A stretch of DNA of 10,814 nt, taken from the NCBI GenBank assembly GCA_046758705.1, contig JBHIAT010000128.1, forward strand, positions 1 through 10,814, given 5' to 3'. The first letter of the stretch is position 1. Every line of letters starts with the position of its first letter. Positions 7,954 through 10,814 of the stretch are shown piece after piece. The position numbers were made by a program, and so were the translations under genes. Source of the DNA: Candidatus Bipolaricaulia bacterium. Its GTDB lineage: Bacteria > Bipolaricaulota > Bipolaricaulia > JBHIAT01. Under the pieces are notes generated by a model, which worked only from the letters and a program-made list of their open reading frames with translations, was not told the origin of the DNA and searched no databases.

Positions 7954-9213
7954 GTGAGCACCCACTCAGCGACCGAGATCCTCTCTCTCGTGAACCAATC
8001 TCCCTGCCAGAAGCTGTTGGTGATCAACCAGTATTATGCTCCAGATGTCGCCTCCACAGGGCAGTATGCCGCTGAAATCTGCAGCAGTCTGACACGACAG
8101 GGATTTGAAGTACACGTCGTGACCGGTCAGCCGAGCTACACCACCTTGGCCCCGCAGGCGCCGTCATTTGAGGTGCTGGACGGAGTTCATGTTCACCGCG
8201 TCTCCCTGGGACGGGCCCGGGGGCGCGAGCGCATGCAGGTGCGGCTAGCTGGGTACATACGGTTCCTGTGGGGGGCGTGGCGCATGGCCCGGACATTGGT
8301 GAAATCCGAACGTCCCGACGGCGTACTTACCTTTCACAATCCACCGTTCGTCGGGATCATCGGAGCCCACCTCGCCAGCCGATATCGATTGCGATACATC
8401 TATGCTATGTACGACATCCACCCTGACGTGCTGATCGCCACCCACTGGGCCTACCTGCCACGCCCGGCCATCTGGATGTGGGAGGTGGTGAATCGTTGGA
8501 TCTTCCGGCAGGCTGAAACCATTATCGTTCTCGGAGAGGGAATGGAGCGCACCCTGGTCGATGGCAAAGGCGTGCCGTCGGAGAAAGTGCGGGTCATTCC
8601 TAACTGGGGCCGCCCAGAGCTGGAGCCGGCATCGCGGACGCAACCCATCCGCCGGGAGCTTGGCATCAGCGACGAGGAACTGCTACTGCTCTATGCTGGC
8701 AACATGGGAATCATGCATCCGCTTGATCCTATTTTAGATGCCGCCGCGTTGCTTCAAGGTTTGCCGGTTCGTTTCCTGTTCGTGGGCGACGGAGCGAAGC
8801 GACAACAGATGACGAACCGAGTTGAGCAGGAAAAGCTGAGCCAAGTGAGTTTTCTCCCCTTCCAACCGGAGGATCACTTTGTCCAGCTCCTGGCCGCCTC
8901 AGATGTCTGTTTCGTCGCGCTTGAGCCCGGCCTGGAGCGACTCGCCGTGCCCTCCCGATCTTATACCTTCCTCTCCGCCGCCCGGCCGCTGATCACCCTC
9001 ATGGCACCCCATGCCGATATCGCCCGATTGGTCACCGAGGCTAGCTGTGGTTGGAATGTGACTACCGGCCACGAGCTCGCCGACCTCATTCGTCAACTCC
9101 TCGATAATCCCCAAGAGCTCGTCCATCGAGGCCAACAGGGAAGAAAAGTGTATCAGGAACGATTCCGACAGGAGCGGGTGATCGAGGAATACGCCAAGGC
9201 CCTACGGGGATAG
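7954..9213 (+). CDS. Glycosyltransferase family 4, WcaI/WbuB-like
   Basis: LLVINQYYAPDVASTGQ, VHVVTGQPSY, YDIHPD, VIPNW, LLYAGNMGIMH, FVGDGAKR, FLPFQP, AVPSRSY. Start uncertain (GTG 7954 or GTG 7990; no strong SD). Confidence 0.9.
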   Translation: MSTHSATEILSLVNQSPCQKLLVINQYYAPDVASTGQYAAEICSSLTRQGFEVHVVTGQPSYTTLAPQAPSFEVLDGVHVHRVSLGRARGRERMQVRLAGYIRFLWGAWRMARTLVKSERPDGVLTFHNPPFVGIIGAHLASRYRLRYIYAMYDIHPDVLIATHWAYLPRPAIWMWEVVNRWIFRQAETIIVLGEGMERTLVDGKGVPSEKVRVIPNWGRPELEPASRTQPIRRELGISDEELLLLYAGNMGIMHPLDPILDAAALLQGLPVRFLFVGDGAKRQQMTNRVEQEKLSQVSFLPFQPEDHFVQLLAASDVCFVALEPGLERLAVPSRSYTFLSAARPLITLMAPHADIARLVTEASCGWNVTTGHELADLIRQLLDNPQELVHRGQQGRKVYQERFRQERVIEEYAKALRG

Positions 9214-9249
9214 TTGCACTAGACCATTGTCTAAAGGTAAAGTGTCTAC

Positions 9250-10395
9250 ATGAGAGTTTTGACCGTCTTTGGCACCCGGCCCGAGGCCATTAAGATGGCT
9301 CCGGTGGTCCGTGAGCTTGAAAATCACCCTGATCGGATCAAATCGGCCGTCTGCGTGACGGCTCAACACCGAGAGATGTTAGATCAGGTCTTGGATCTCT
9401 TCGACATCCAACCGGATATCGATCTGGATCTGATGCAACCGGATCAGATTCTGCCGGAGTTGACAGCTCAAGTCGTTTCGGCCATGACCAGAATTCTCGA
9501 TCGGGAAAGGCCGGACCGGATCCTCATCCAAGGGGACACCACCACGGTGATGGCCACGGCCTTAGCCGCTTTCTACTTAAAGATCCCGGTGGGGCATGTG
9601 GAAGCCGGTCTGCGCACCCAAGACCGCTATAACCCGTTCCCCGAAGAGATCAACCGGCGTATCGTGAGTACGCTGGCCAGCTACCACTTCGCACCCACCC
9701 CGGCGGCCGGACAAACTCTCCTGGGGGAAGGCGTCGATCCAAACACCATCTTCGTGACCGGCAATACCGTCGTCGATGCCTTGTACTGGATTCTGAAGCG
9801 GCCTCTTTCAGAACAGTCCAAGAAGCTTTTGCAGGATCTGGGTTTAACCGATCCCGATTCGGTCGGTGCCGTCGAGCATCCGGTTAGGTTGATTCTCGTC
9901 ACCGCTCACCGCCGAGAGAGCTTTGGGCACCCGTTCGAATCGCTGTGCCGCGGGCTACGAGTGGTCGTTGAGCGGAACCCAGATGTCTTACTGGTATACC
10001 CGGTCCATTTGAACCCCCGGGTACGAGATCCAGTACAGCGTATCCTCTCAGGCCATCAGCGGATTCGTCTGATCGAGCCGCTACCTTACGAGCCATTCGT
10101 CCGGTTGATGAACGCTTCCTATCTCGTTTTAACCGACTCCGGGGGGATCCAGGAGGAAGCGCCGGTGCTGGGAAAGCCGGTGCTGGTCTTGCGACAAGAG
10201 ACGGAGCGTTCGGAAGCCATCGCAGCAGGGGTAGCTAAGCTGGTGGGAACCGATGAAGAGCGAATCGTGGCTGAAACCGAGCGGCTATTGCACAACGAAG
10301 CGGCATATCAAGCCATGGTCAAAGCGGAAAGCCTCTTCGGAGATGGCCATGCAGCGCGGCGCATCGTGAAGGTTCTTCTTAAGTTAGTCGGATAG
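9250..10395 (+). CDS. wecB: UDP-N-acetylglucosamine 2-epimerase (non-hydrolysing)
   Basis: VFGTRPEAIKMAP, VTAQHREML, QGDTTT, GHVEAGLRT, PFPEEINR, HFAPT, VTGNTVVDAL, VTAHRRE, YPVHLNP, LTDSGGIQEEAP, FGDGHAA. Confidence 0.97.
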   Translation: MRVLTVFGTRPEAIKMAPVVRELENHPDRIKSAVCVTAQHREMLDQVLDLFDIQPDIDLDLMQPDQILPELTAQVVSAMTRILDRERPDRILIQGDTTTVMATALAAFYLKIPVGHVEAGLRTQDRYNPFPEEINRRIVSTLASYHFAPTPAAGQTLLGEGVDPNTIFVTGNTVVDALYWILKRPLSEQSKKLLQDLGLTDPDSVGAVEHPVRLILVTAHRRESFGHPFESLCRGLRVVVERNPDVLLVYPVHLNPRVRDPVQRILSGHQRIRLIEPLPYEPFVRLMNASYLVLTDSGGIQEEAPVLGKPVLVLRQETERSEAIAAGVAKLVGTDEERIVAETERLLHNEAAYQAMVKAESLFGDGHAARRIVKVLLKLVG

Positions 10396-10491
10396 TCCAT
10401 AGTCTTCAGTCAGATAGTCCCTGACTTTGGACCATGGACCAATTGACTGCGGACTAACCGACCCGACCATGGACTAATTGACTATTAGACC
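10385..10491. repeat. Head-to-head array of degenerate 7-8 bp repeats (AGTC core x5, then GACY core x10) forming an imperfect hairpin
   Basis: AGTC at 10386, 10394, 10401, 10408, 10416. GACY at 10423, 10430, 10437, 10445, 10452, 10460, 10465, 10472, 10480, 10488. A 19-bp direct repeat GACCATGGACYAATTGACT occurs at 10430-10448 and 10465-10483. Confidence 0.85.
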
Positions 10492-10521
10492 AGGTCGACT
10501 TCGTCTCTGTATAGCTCGCTT

Positions 10522-10551
10522 TTGTGGAAATGGAGAGAGAAAGCTTATAAT
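10522..10551 (+). promoter_or_regulatory. Candidate sigma70-type promoter
   Basis: TTGTGG (10522-10527) - 18 nt - perfect TATAAT (10546-10551) in non-coding DNA, followed by GAAGGA (10561-10566) and ATG 10577. Confidence 0.4.
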
Positions 10552-10666
10552 CATAGATTGGAAGGAAAGAAAATTTATGAACCACGCCATTGAGAGTTGC
10601 AGTTTCTCCATGGTCTGTTGAGGTTATGCCGGTCGTTCCTTGTAAGTAAGGGGCAAAATTCAAGAC

Positions 10667-10748
10667 GTAAACAGACAAAAGCGGAATCAGAATGAGAAAA
10701 AGTTTGAATCTTGGGAAGAATTGCCCGGAGGAGGACGGCGATACTGGT
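10667..10748 (+). pseudogene. 5' fragment of a small hypothetical protein gene, apparently interrupted at 10748/10749
   Basis: The frame reads VNRQKRNQNEKKFESWEELPGGGRRYW, runs into the IS-like hairpin and stops at 10766-10768. There is no ATG/GTG upstream in frame (GTA at 10667, stop at 10643-10645). The peptide resembles the N-terminus of a small uncharacterised protein family I recall but cannot verify. Confidence 0.5.
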
Positions 10749-10814
10749 GTCAAGCACCTTCCCCCTAAACGGGGAGGGCTTGAAGGAGTAGAACATGCCG
10801 AGTCCGAAACTGCA
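10749..10814 (-). mobile_element. IS200/IS605-family terminal hairpin (right-end-like on minus strand); element continues beyond window
   Basis: The minus strand reads CAAGCCCTCCCCG-TTTAG-GGGGAAGGTGC-TTGAC, matching the typical subterminal palindrome plus TTGAC terminus of tnpB-carrying elements. The + strand GTCAAGCACC...CTAAA...GGGCTTG is also the typical start of HEARO/IscB omega-RNA regions. No transposase or nuclease ORF is visible. Confidence 0.65.

Noticed and set aside
3180..9221. Recurring TTGCACT motif in three intergenic regions (3180-3186 minus strand, 5886-5892, 9214-9220)
   Set aside because: Some 7-mer recurring three times in this much intergenic DNA on both strands is plausible by chance; orientation and spacing are inconsistent.
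10750..10783. Hairpin as a simple rho-independent terminator
   Set aside because: No U-tract follows on either strand, and the sequence fits an IS200/IS605 end better.
10454..10796. Minus-strand ORFs of 99 aa (10454-10753) and 73 aa (10575-10796)
   Set aside because: They cross the IS boundary, the + strand gene fragment and (for the 99-aa ORF) the repeat array, and have no recognisable domains; most likely spurious.

Overview
A co-directional (+ strand) bacterial-type surface polysaccharide/glycan biosynthesis locus. It encodes a GT4 glycosyltransferase (5' truncated), two sulfatase-like alkaline-phosphatase-superfamily proteins flanking a SAM methyltransferase, gmd, fcl, a GDP-mannose 3',5'-epimerase (GME)-like enzyme, a WcaI-like GT4 and wecB. 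Four things stand out. (1) Both 'sulfatases' have Thr at the nucleophile position and lack the C/S-x-P-x-R formylglycine motif, so they may be glycan-modifying transferases or phosphoesterases. (2) The plant-type GME sits next to gmd-fcl, implying L-galactose/L-gulose as well as L-fucose. (3) Two intergenic regions hold head-to-head arrays of degenerate 7-8 bp repeats sharing a TRGTY core, each able to fold into a long hairpin. (4) The right edge has an IS200/IS605-type terminal hairpin (TnpB/IscB omega-RNA-associated end) that appears to interrupt a small gene. All calls come from motif recognition by eye; no searches were run and the host cannot be determined.
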